Positions 42,898 through 50,518 of a DNA stretch of 62,786 bases are shown here, one piece after another. The stretch comes from a virus: positions 1-62,786 of the IMG/VR virus record IMGVR_UViG_3300036975_000025; one strand, written 5' to 3'. A program made the translations under genes and the position numbers. The notes under the pieces were generated by a model. The model ran no database searches, had not been told where the DNA came from, and saw only the letters and a list, made by a program, of their open reading frames with translations. Within the stretch, counting starts at the first letter, position 1; each line of letters opens with the position of its first letter.

Positions 42898-43166
42898 AAT
42901 TCATCCCTCCTCACTGCCAGCAAAGAGTAGCCGACAATATCCCGCCATGGACTTTCATCAAACGCCCCCTTGTCCGTGGCTACCCGAAACAGCTTGTCGA
43001 TCACCCGCACCACCGTCAGGGCATCGTTCATCTGCTCGGGTTTGATACCTTCCGGGTAAAGAATCCGCATGACCTGGCCGGCCTGCCCAAACGAATCCCC
43101 GTAAGCCTTCTGCTTGTCCTCCACCAGATTTGCTATGCCCCTGGCGATGTCTTGGTAGTCGCTCAT
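42894..43166 (-). CDS. Small helical protein (90 aa), MazG/NTP-PPase-like (uncertain)
   Basis: ATGA-coupled start MSDYQDIARG...KQKAYGDSF...VIDKLFR. Confidence 0.4.
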   Translation of the reverse strand: MSDYQDIARGIANLVEDKQKAYGDSFGQAGQVMRILYPEGIKPEQMNDALTVVRVIDKLFRVATDKGAFDESPWRDIVGYSLLAVRRDEL

Positions 43167-43957
43167 GCCTTTCCTTCCGTAAGTTGCCTTGCACACGCAG
43201 GACACTTCCCGCCTTCCCTCTTCACGGCCTCCGGGGTGTGGCGTTGACCGCATCCTGGGCAGTAGATTTTCGTGGGTTCCGTATTGACCTCCAATTCATC
43301 CTCCCACCGGGCATTCTTCAGCCAGCGCACAACATGCTGGAACTCAGGCACGAACTCACCTTGAGATTTCTTCTCGCGTTTATCTTTGATTTGAAGCTCG
43401 ATAATCTTCAAAAGATCAGGCAAGGAAGGCCGCTCTTTGGCTGTTTTGCCCCACTGTTCCCGGGCCTGTTTTTTGCTTCCCTTGTTAGGCCACTGACAGG
43501 CTTTCCAAAAAATTTCAAAATCGCCTTCTTTCTTTTGTAAGTTTTCTTTCTTTCTTTTGTGGGTCCCATTATTGGGACTAGATCTGTTCCCAACTATGGG
43601 ACTAGCGATAGTCCCTTCTTTGGGACTAGTCCCTTTTTTGGGACTAGGCTTCCATGTCTCATAATCCTTGTTAATCCAAAGGGTTGGGGGCTTCCTAGTC
43701 CCATTATTGAGACTACCTAGTACCATCTTTGAGACTAGGCTTTGAACGTGCTTGATTACTCTTGTTCGAGGGATATCGGTCATTTGCGCGATTTGGCCGT
43801 AAGAAATCGCATCCTGTTTTTTGCCGTAACCGTATGTTTTCCTAGCCACTGCTAGTACCACCCTAAGCTCTTGCCCTGGGATGCGGTTCCGGGCCAGGGC
43901 TTCCATGAGTTCATTGGCAAATTTCGTATACCCATTTTCAGTCTGGGGGGATGCCAT
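43163..43957 (-). CDS. Lambda O-like replication initiator
   Basis: NGYTKFANELMEAL...ELRVVLAVARKTYGYGKKQDAIS..QIAQMT parallels the lambda O N-terminus. The C-terminus FWKACQWPNKG...EQWGK parallels the O C-terminus. The iterons lie inside the gene. Confidence 0.8.
   Translation of the reverse strand: MASPQTENGYTKFANELMEALARNRIPGQELRVVLAVARKTYGYGKKQDAISYGQIAQMTDIPRTRVIKHVQSLVSKMVLGSLNNGTRKPPTLWINKDYETWKPSPKKGTSPKEGTIASPIVGNRSSPNNGTHKRKKENLQKKEGDFEIFWKACQWPNKGSKKQAREQWGKTAKERPSLPDLLKIIELQIKDKREKKSQGEFVPEFQHVVRWLKNARWEDELEVNTEPTKIYCPGCGQRHTPEAVKREGGKCPACARQLTEGKA
43505..43745. repeat. Origin-like iteron cluster plus AT/pyrimidine-rich tract inside the initiator gene
   Basis: GGGACTAG occurs at 43574, 43598, 43622 and 43640; CTAGTCCC at 43695; GAGACTA at 43709 and 43731. 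Palindromes are GGGACTAGTCCC (43622..43633) and GGGACTAGCGATAGTCCC (43598..43615). An AT-rich tract lies at 43505..43560. Confidence 0.75.
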
Positions 43958-43981
43958 GTAGCGCCGTTTTTCCCTCTTCCC

Positions 43982-45292
43982 TTACACCTCTGGTACAGTC
44001 GATTTGTAATCGCGATAGCGTTGTTTATAGCGATCAAAATGTAGTGTTGTCCTCCATAGTCCTGTGTCTTTTCCTTTCGTGCATATCAACCGCGCCTCTT
44101 CACTCTCTTTTGTATCTCTTTCCAATGCCCATTCATTATCCACATTATTGTAAATATCCCCACTTTCCTTGGCATCCCCTTCCTTGTTGACTTGGGATAC
44201 TATTAAAAGTGGAGCATTAAGGTTCATTGCCAAGTAATTTAATTGCTTGGAAATTGCCTTGTACTCTTGGTGGGTGGATGTAAACTTTCCGGGCATCCCC
44301 AAGAGTTGCAAATGGTCGATGACCAACAAGGCCAATTGGCGCTCAAGGGCCAAGGATTCACAGAACGCGGCAAGTCGTGGATAGGACGTGAGCTCCCGGT
44401 CGTCTACGATCCAAAGGTTGTCCTGAGAGCAGACCCCCACGGCTTCGGTCAGGCGCTCCCATTCGTACTCATCGTGAATATTGGCTTTGCGGATGCGGGT
44501 GAGGGCGATGCCGCTCATTCGGGCCATTCTGCGCCTTGTGAGGATCGTGGCCTGGCTTTCGAGAGTGATATAGAGGGTGAGGTCTTCCGGATTCTCCTGG
44601 GCCACGTTATCAGCGATTTGAAGGGCAAGGGCGCTCTTGCCTGTATGCCCTTTTGCCTTGAGAACGTAGGTGCAACCCGCCTCGAGTCCCCCGGTGTTCT
44701 CATCAATCGCCTTGAACCCAGTCTGAACACCTAACTGATGGTCACCACTCACAGCCCTGCGCTCAATGTCCCGGTACACCTCATCCACGATCTGTTGAGG
44801 GGTTTTGGTCTGTCCGTGCCCCTCAATGGAAATGATCTCCATTTTGAGATCCGAGAGAATGTCTTCCGGTTCCTCTTGGGGCAGGTACAGTCTGTCAGCT
44901 ACCTGGGAGCAAATGAGAATGGCTGATCGGCGCCGGGATAGCGCCTTGATGATTTTCGCGTAGTGTTCAATGATGGCTGTTGTGGAAACCGCTTGGGAGA
45001 GGGCGATTAAATACTCTGGACCGCCCACCTTCTCCAGATAATCTCGTTTCCTGAGTTCGTCGGCTAACGTAATGAGGTCGATAGCCTCCCGATGATCTGC
45101 CAAGGATTCCATGGCCTCAAAGATGGACTGATGGGCTTCCCGGTAGAAATCCTTCGCCTGGATGTACTTTCTGGCTTTGTGAATGGAGCGATTATCCAAT
45201 AGAACGCCGCACAGAACGGCCTGCTCCGCATCCAAGTCATGCGGAGGCACCTTTATGGACACCACATTGTTATGCTGCGCTGCGCTTTCCAT
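43982..45292 (-). CDS. dnaB: Replicative DNA helicase DnaB
   Basis: PPHDLDAEQAVLCGVLLD N-terminus, Walker A KGHTGKSALAL, and a RecA-like C-terminal domain; 436 aa. Confidence 0.9.
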   Translation of the reverse strand: MESAAQHNNVVSIKVPPHDLDAEQAVLCGVLLDNRSIHKARKYIQAKDFYREAHQSIFEAMESLADHREAIDLITLADELRKRDYLEKVGGPEYLIALSQAVSTTAIIEHYAKIIKALSRRRSAILICSQVADRLYLPQEEPEDILSDLKMEIISIEGHGQTKTPQQIVDEVYRDIERRAVSGDHQLGVQTGFKAIDENTGGLEAGCTYVLKAKGHTGKSALALQIADNVAQENPEDLTLYITLESQATILTRRRMARMSGIALTRIRKANIHDEYEWERLTEAVGVCSQDNLWIVDDRELTSYPRLAAFCESLALERQLALLVIDHLQLLGMPGKFTSTHQEYKAISKQLNYLAMNLNAPLLIVSQVNKEGDAKESGDIYNNVDNEWALERDTKESEEARLICTKGKDTGLWRTTLHFDRYKQRYRDYKSTVPEV

Positions 45293-45491
45293 TCAGCCTC
45301 TCGTTCTGCAGCGCCATAGCCTCCAAGAGCGGTTTGTAGACCTGGTGGATTCGGTCGCTGAGGTCGTTTAGTTCGTCCAGGAGCTCGCCCGTATCCCCGG
45401 CCTCGATTCCCGCTTGCTCCATGAGCATCCTTCCTTGAGCCCGGTTCTTGAGATGATTTAAATACTCGAATGTGGCCTCTCGATTGTCCAT
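45270..45491 (-). CDS. Hypothetical protein (73 aa)
   Basis: Overlaps the DnaB start; lies on the operon strand. Confidence 0.5.
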   Translation of the reverse strand: MDNREATFEYLNHLKNRAQGRMLMEQAGIEAGDTGELLDELNDLSDRIHQVYKPLLEAMALQNERLNGKRSAA

Positions 45492-45544
45492 AACGCCTCC
45501 CTGTTGTGGCGATTACGAAAAATTAATAAAAAAATTATTTTCGG

Positions 45545-45748
45545 TCAGGACTCATTCATATTATCTTGGTATAGTTGGTCCCAAACTCTCGGGTCCTCAG
45601 CCGTCTCGACGGCTAACAGATACCGAACCGCACGACGGAGGGCATAAGATGTGGACACATCGTTTCGTCTGCAGTATTCATCAAGGCTTCCCCACATAGG
45701 ACCGGGGAGGCTTACGGAACGACCTTCTGTGGCATTGCGTTTAGGCAT
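45545..45748 (-). CDS. Ribbon-helix-helix (CopG/Arc-like) regulator
   Basis: RSVSLPGPMWGSLDEYCRRNDVSTSYALRRAVRYLL is a beta-strand plus two-helix pattern. Confidence 0.6.
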   Translation of the reverse strand: MPKRNATEGRSVSLPGPMWGSLDEYCRRNDVSTSYALRRAVRYLLAVETAEDPRVWDQLYQDNMNES

Positions 45749-45776
45749 GGTGTTCCTCTTGGAAGGAGGTGTGTTG

Positions 45777-46031
45777 ATGAAATGGATAGCCTTGACAATC
45801 GCGGTGATTGTCGCAGCAACCGGAGTCTATGTCTCGGAGCGATGGATTGAGCATCAGCGATACTCTGTTGTCCGATCCTCGTATCGGTCCTTGGCCTATC
45901 GGCTGGACCGCGAGACAGGAAGGGTCTATGTCCTGGTCGGCTATAAGGCCCATCCCGTTGTGTTAGAAGCGAACCCACAAAAAAAGATCGTCTCCAGTCT
46001 GAGTGACCTAGACTTGGAGTGGGGTGATTAG
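45777..46031 (+). CDS. Counter-oriented small membrane protein (84 aa) ending ...IVSSLSDLDLEWGD
   Basis: GGAAGGAGG RBS before MKWIALTIAVIVAATGVYV. The only plus-strand gene embedded in the minus arm, beside the switch. Confidence 0.6.
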   Translation: MKWIALTIAVIVAATGVYVSERWIEHQRYSVVRSSYRSLAYRLDRETGRVYVLVGYKAHPVVLEANPQKKIVSSLSDLDLEWGD

Positions 46032-46240
46032 GCGGCACGGTCCTTGGGGTCTATAAACCCCGCAAGCTCCGCCGCTGAAACCTGCTGATCCAACGCAGCA
46101 GCCATCCGTATGGCTAATTTTTTTCCAGGCGTTTGCTTGCCATTACAGATGTCTGTGATATACTGCCGGCTTTTCCCCAGATGCACCGCGAATGCCTTGA
46201 TCGTCCCAAACTTTTTGAGTGCGAGCTGTTTCGTGTTCAT
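46028..46240 (-). CDS. Cro/YdaS-like HTH regulator (70 aa), probably leaderless
   Basis: MNTKQLALKKFGTIKAFAVHLGKSRQYITDICNGKQ. The ATG lies 7 nt after a TAATTT -10. The 58-aa N-terminal extension in the track overlaps the divergent gene. Confidence 0.65.
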   Translation of the reverse strand: MNTKQLALKKFGTIKAFAVHLGKSRQYITDICNGKQTPGKKLAIRMAAALDQQVSAAELAGFIDPKDRAA

Positions 46241-46247
46241 GTGAAGA

Positions 46248-46276
46248 AAATTACCATAGGTTAAAGTAGATGTCAA
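46248..46276 (-). promoter_or_regulatory. Sigma70-like promoter TTGACA-17-TAATTT (TG-extended) for the Cro-like gene
   Basis: The minus strand reads TTGACATCTACTTTAACCTATGGTAATTTTCTTCAC-ATG. Confidence 0.5.
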
Positions 46277-46327
46277 CCTTTTCTTGACCATTGGTTTCCG
46301 GTTTTTCTTGACAGCGGGGGGGAAGAA

Positions 46328-46684
46328 ATGGTAAACAAACGCAAATGCTTGGAATGTAATATTTTGTTGGGGAGGAAAATACATGCTTTGAGAATGGAGA
46401 GACACATGACCCAACCGGAAGTAGCTAAGGGAATCGGAAAGTCCGCCTCATTTGTGTCTCAGGTCGAAAATGGTAAGCGAAGCCCTTCATATTCAACTCT
46501 TCTTAAATTTGCGAAAGTATTCAACATTGACCCCTCGTTCCTTCTTGCTGAGAATAGCCTTACCGAAGAACAAATGCAGGTAGCCTTGAAGTGGAACCTC
46601 CTAATTCGTGAGGACCCGGACAACCATCACCTGAAGAGCATTAAGGCTCTCTTAGATATGGCCCTCGCTGAACTACACCAGTAA
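46328..46684 (+). CDS. XRE-family HTH regulator (CI-like)
   Basis: LGRKIHALRMERHMTQPEVAKGIGKSASFVSQVENGKRSPSYSTLLKFAKVF. The start is uncertain (ATG 46328 or TTG 46388 after GGGGAGGAA). Confidence 0.75.
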   Translation: MVNKRKCLECNILLGRKIHALRMERHMTQPEVAKGIGKSASFVSQVENGKRSPSYSTLLKFAKVFNIDPSFLLAENSLTEEQMQVALKWNLLIREDPDNHHLKSIKALLDMALAELHQ

Positions 46685-46752
46685 TTTTTTTACCCGCCTA
46701 GAAGCACCTTCCCTTTTTTTCCTCAAAAATATAACCTATGGTCATTTTTTAT

Positions 46753-46781
46753 TTGACACCCCGCTTGACCTATGGTAAAGT
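46753..46781 (+). promoter_or_regulatory. Sigma70-like promoter TTGACA-17-TAAAGT (TG-extended) downstream of the XRE gene
   Basis: TTGACACCCCGCTTGACCTATGGTAAAGT shares ACCTATGGTAA with the divergent promoter at 46248..46276. Confidence 0.45.
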
Positions 46782-46927
46782 TCTCTTAATTCCAGTTGAG
46801 GAGGTCCAATAGCAGGACCTCGATTTCTCAACGCAACCCTTTAGAGGAGGGATGGAATGCAGAGGTGGCCCTGGAAATCAGGGCGGGTGGGAAAGGGGCC
46901 TTACTCACAAGCACCAAGGAGGGAACC

Positions 46928-47236
46928 ATGGAACATACACCGGGACCATGGAAAATAGCCAAATGGGAAAATAAACGTGTGGTTGATGGGTTTGAAACCG
47001 TAATAACAGATTCCCGGGGCCATGGAATTGTCACATTTAATCAAAAGGGGCAATCTAAAAAGGTGACAGCCAACGCTCACCTCATCAAAGCCGCACCGAA
47101 TATGCTGGAAGCCCTGGAAGATCTCATTTCAGCAGGAGCAGCAGTCCATCACTATCTCGGTCAAGCAACAGGGAAAATCCACGCTGACGCATTGCAAAAG
47201 GCCCGTGCTGCCATTGCCAAGACAAAGAGTGATTAA
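46928..47236 (+). CDS. Conserved small phage protein (102 aa)
   Basis: GGAGGGAACC RBS before MEHTPGPWKI...ANAHLIKAAPNMLEALEDL, a motif common in small phage proteins. Confidence 0.6.
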   Translation: MEHTPGPWKIAKWENKRVVDGFETVITDSRGHGIVTFNQKGQSKKVTANAHLIKAAPNMLEALEDLISAGAAVHHYLGQATGKIHADALQKARAAIAKTKSD

Positions 47237-47369
47237 CTCCACACCTGCCCCACTCCCAATGAGGACGGGGCGGCACCCAGACCGCATAGCTGCCATCCGT
47301 AAAGGACAGGCCATAAGCGCGAGGGGAGGGGAGAGGCAAGCCACAAGGGGAAAGGAGGGTTTGAAGGGG

Positions 47370-48386
47370 ATGAGTCATTTTACTGTGATGGTGATTGGAG
47401 AGGATTGGGAGAGGCAGCTTTTGCCGTACAAGGAGGCCGGATGTGGGGCTGAAGATCCGCCTGAACTTCAAAGTCTCCTTGTTTTCGAAGACGAGGAGGA
47501 GGCGCGACGGCGAGAGTATGAAACCGAGACAATCACAAAGGTCGTGATGGAAGACGGGAGGATGCTGAACCCTTGGGACGATGAATTCAGGGTGAAGGGG
47601 AGCATTGGTATTGGGAGCGACACTCACAAAGTCCCAGACGACCTTGAGCAGCGGGAGGTGCCATACAAGGAGCTGTACACATCCTTTGAGAAGTACATGA
47701 AGGATTGGTGCGGCGAGGAGAGGGACGAGAAGACGGGGAAATACGGGCGCTGGTACAACCCGAACCAGAAGTGGGATTGGTACATGATGGGTGGGCGCTG
47801 GGTTGGTTTTTTCAAAATGAAAAACGGGACCGGCGGAGTGCCTGGGGATCCTTCGTTTATGGTAGACCCCCCGAGGGCTGGCTTTGCCGACCAGGCCAGG
47901 AAGGGCGAAATTGATTTCGAAGGCATGAGGGCGAAGGCCGCGAAAGAGGCCGGGGAGAAGTTCGATAAGGTTCAGCGGGCCTGTGATGGCCAGATCCCGA
48001 AATTGGATTTTTTCTGGGAGGACCTTAACAACCCAAGGTTTCAACATCTCTCCATCCAGGAAAAACGGGAAGCCTATCGGCACCAGGATGGGATGGTGAA
48101 GTGGACAAGTTTTCGGAAAAAGGCCGATGGCAACGATATGTTCTGCTTTCTTGACCTGGAGGAGTTCCAGGAAACGAAGGAGGAATATGTTGAACGGGCC
48201 CGGCTCGACGCCATTGCCACCTTTGCTGTTGTGAAGGATGGGAAATGGTACGAGCGAGGGGATATGGGCTGGTGGGGCATTGTTTCCGACGAGAAAGACC
48301 GAGACACTTGGAGGCGTGAATTCAACGCCCTGATCGATGGGGTTTCCGACGACACGCTTTTGACTGTTGTGGATTGCCATATTTGA
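47370..48386 (+). CDS. Hypothetical early protein (338 aa), WDWYMMGGRW motif
   Basis: AAAGGAGGG RBS before MSHFTVMVIGEDWE. The long antisense ORF opposite it is judged spurious. Confidence 0.65.
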   Translation: MSHFTVMVIGEDWERQLLPYKEAGCGAEDPPELQSLLVFEDEEEARRREYETETITKVVMEDGRMLNPWDDEFRVKGSIGIGSDTHKVPDDLEQREVPYKELYTSFEKYMKDWCGEERDEKTGKYGRWYNPNQKWDWYMMGGRWVGFFKMKNGTGGVPGDPSFMVDPPRAGFADQARKGEIDFEGMRAKAAKEAGEKFDKVQRACDGQIPKLDFFWEDLNNPRFQHLSIQEKREAYRHQDGMVKWTSFRKKADGNDMFCFLDLEEFQETKEEYVERARLDAIATFAVVKDGKWYERGDMGWWGIVSDEKDRDTWRREFNALIDGVSDDTLLTVVDCHI

Positions 48387-48393
48387 AAGTTCT

Positions 48394-48509
48394 GCGGGGG
48401 ATGGCGGAATAAGACGCGAGGGCGGACTGATAAAAAGGCTGCTCTCAGGCTTGGGGATGCTTGCACCCCCTTAATACCTTGCGGGCTCGAATCCCGCTCC
48501 CCCGCACCA
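48394..48509 (+). ncRNA. Atypical tRNA-like gene (116 nt, CCA-encoded, 8-bp acceptor stem)
   Basis: Acceptor GCGGGGGA/UCCCCCGC, discriminator A, CCA. D arm GCG-GAAUAAGA-CGC. T arm GCGGG-CUCGAAU-CCCGC. A 62-nt centre forms two hairpins instead of a canonical anticodon arm plus variable arm. Confidence 0.6.
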
Positions 48510-48523
48510 AACCAGCAACTCCA

Positions 48524-48548
48524 GGGGAGGGGAGCCCCGTTTTGTTCA
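48524..48548 (+). terminator. Weak terminator-like hairpin after the tRNA-like gene
   Basis: GGGG-AGGGGAG-CCCC followed by GUUUUGUU. Confidence 0.3.
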
Positions 48549-48728
48549 GGCCCCGTGCGCGGGGATAGTCGGGTCGGGGGCGGGTTGCTTACAGAATTGT
48601 TAACCAAGCGGCAACGAAGAAAGGCGGTTGAAAACGGGGATGATACGAAGTCTGTTCGAGAGGAAAACACAACGTCATCCTCTCCCTGGTCATGCCGCGC
48701 CAGGGAGGGGCCTAAAAAGGAGGAAGTA

Positions 48729-49172
48729 ATGAAGAAAACAGCTATGATGATTGTTCTGATGATTGGATTAACGGCAATATCAGCAAATGCCAAAGACCGT
48801 CTGTCAGAAGTCCCAGACATTGAAGATGGTTATGTGGTTATCATGTCCCAGTTTTGCGATGAAGACGGGTTTCAGGGATTTCATGAGAAAGTATTTAGAT
48901 GGAAAAGCGAAGCATTGAAATACGTAAAGAAACATTTTGGAACCGATGGGCTTTCAACATCAAAAGGAGACATCGAAGGATTAAATGAAATTTGGTATTG
49001 TGGAAGTGAAGGGGGTTTTTATTTATCAGATAATAGAGCAGTTATAACAGTAAGGGATACTTCTGGCCCTCGTCGCCGCTTAATTGGTGTATTTAAAATC
49101 GGAGATAAACTTAAAATTAAGTGTGAAGTCAAGCCGGTTCAACAATACTCACAGGAAATTTCATTTGAATAA
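48729..49172 (+). CDS. Secreted protein (147 aa)
   Basis: AAAGGAGGAAG RBS; signal peptide MKKTAMMIVLMIGLTAISANA/KD. Confidence 0.6.
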   Translation: MKKTAMMIVLMIGLTAISANAKDRLSEVPDIEDGYVVIMSQFCDEDGFQGFHEKVFRWKSEALKYVKKHFGTDGLSTSKGDIEGLNEIWYCGSEGGFYLSDNRAVITVRDTSGPRRRLIGVFKIGDKLKIKCEVKPVQQYSQEISFE

Positions 49173-49197
49173 TAAAACGAATTAGAAGGAAAAGAAA

Positions 49198-49437
49198 ATG
49201 AAGAAAGTAGCCATAGAAGAACCCACTTCAACAATAAATGAAGAAGATATTAGCCCCTATGCTCCTATTTTTGCCAAAGCAAAAGGCAAGCTTATTGGTA
49301 TGGTAGTAAAAGAAGAAAGAGGATGGATAGTTAAAATAGGGAGAAATATCGGAGCGTACAGTTATTCTTCCACGCGTACAGAGTGCATTAAAGAGGGGAT
49401 GGAACGTTTCAACCTTGAATTTTTCGTGGAGGATTAA
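49198..49437 (+). CDS. Hypothetical protein (79 aa)
   Basis: GAAGGAAAAG RBS; AT-rich gene. Confidence 0.5.
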   Translation: MKKVAIEEPTSTINEEDISPYAPIFAKAKGKLIGMVVKEERGWIVKIGRNIGAYSYSSTRTECIKEGMERFNLEFFVED

Positions 49438-49443
49438 CAACCC

Positions 49444-49710
49444 ATGACTCCCACCGAACTCAAACTCCTTCGCTGGTCCATTGAACAGGTCATGCACCGA
49501 TTGGAGGAACTACAGGCCATCCACAACCGGGAAACGGGGAAGGATTGGCAGCCGGGACCCCGCGTGTCATGGGCCATGGTAGAGGCTCAGAAGGAGTTAG
49601 AGAGGGACGAGGAACGAAAGCTATCCCAACATCGGGAATACAAGGGGAAAGCTACCCATGAATCATCTATCGGGATTCTGGGGGATGGACGTTTTGAACA
49701 GGGGGCGTGA
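49444..49710 (+). CDS. Hypothetical protein (88 aa)
   Basis: Lies in the plus chain with a GGAGGA upstream. Confidence 0.5.
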   Translation: MTPTELKLLRWSIEQVMHRLEELQAIHNRETGKDWQPGPRVSWAMVEAQKELERDEERKLSQHREYKGKATHESSIGILGDGRFEQGA

Positions 49711-49711
49711 C

Positions 49712-50029
49712 ATGACAGTCATTGACGAAGCACTCAAGGTTACAAAGAAAACACACATTAAAAGGATTAAAAGATGGTTTAAACGGGGTGAATTTAAACA
49801 TCGGTATTGTCCGTTTAAATCAATAAAATACGATAAAATAATAGATTGTCCAAAGGCCTCTCGTTTTGGAAACCCAAAGGCTCATCCCGTTTGCCGTGCT
49901 TTGTTTCCTAGAATTGATCGTTACGAAGAAAAGACAATGGAACCCTGTCCTTGCGGGGAATATCGCCATAAATACGTGGCCCATCGCGCCAAACAATTAG
50001 TCAAGGCATGGGAAGAGCAAAATGCGTGA
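49712..50029 (+). CDS. Cys-rich basic hypothetical protein (105 aa)
   Basis: Start at MTVIDEALK, 1 nt after the upstream stop (AGGGGG RBS). Confidence 0.5.
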   Translation: MTVIDEALKVTKKTHIKRIKRWFKRGEFKHRYCPFKSIKYDKIIDCPKASRFGNPKAHPVCRALFPRIDRYEEKTMEPCPCGEYRHKYVAHRAKQLVKAWEEQNA

Positions 50030-50273
50030 TGTTATAGCATCCCTGACCATTCTGTTTCTGAAGACGGCTGTGGTCACTCTTTTAGCCTTCTGCATCCTAC
50101 GTGGATGTGCCGAAATTTGGACAGAGAGAGCAGAAATGATTGAACGAATCAAGGTAGGTGACGCGGTATACGAGGTGGACAACCACGAACTCATCAACGC
50201 CCTCAAGGAATGCGAGACAGAGCGGCAAGCAGAGAAGGTGATGAAGAAGGCTGAGAGAGAGGGGAAGAAGTAA
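50022..50273 (+). CDS. Small membrane protein (83 aa)
   Basis: TM segment IASLTILFLKTAVVTLLAFCIL. Confidence 0.5.
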   Translation: MRDVIASLTILFLKTAVVTLLAFCILRGCAEIWTERAEMIERIKVGDAVYEVDNHELINALKECETERQAEKVMKKAEREGKK

Positions 50274-50506
50274 TGGCCGACAAGTTTCAAAAAATAGGTG
50301 CAGGGTGGAGGAACAAATCCGGCAAAGGCTATTCCTGCAAGGTGGAGAGGGACATTGAAGAGGGAGAGCGTTTCTTCATCTTCTCAAACACGCAGAAGAA
50401 GGAAGATCGGCACCCTGACATCGTGTTGGGGGTGTTCGTGGAGGACGAGGCGCAACCGGAGGAACCGAGCAGACCGGAACCGCCTGACGATGGAATTCCT
50501 TTTTAA
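50273..50506 (+). CDS. Hypothetical protein (77 aa), weakly DUF736-like
   Basis: TAATG-coupled start; IGAGWRNKSGKGYSCKV...HPDIVLGVF. Confidence 0.45.
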   Translation: MADKFQKIGAGWRNKSGKGYSCKVERDIEEGERFFIFSNTQKKEDRHPDIVLGVFVEDEAQPEEPSRPEPPDDGIPF

Positions 50507-50518
50507 GGAGGCCCTGTA

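Noticed and set aside
47124-48380. 418-aa minus-strand ORF, the longest unassigned ORF in the track
   Set aside because: It lies exactly antisense to 47370..48386, which has an RBS and protein-like composition. The antisense product is Pro/Leu/Gly/Phe-rich low complexity with no RBS. It is a shadow ORF.
48445-48447. UCA triplet in the tRNA-like gene as a bona fide opal/Sec anticodon
   Set aside because: It is preceded by C rather than U33. No 5-bp stem can place it at positions 34-36 of a 7-nt loop, so it cannot be called an anticodon from sequence alone.
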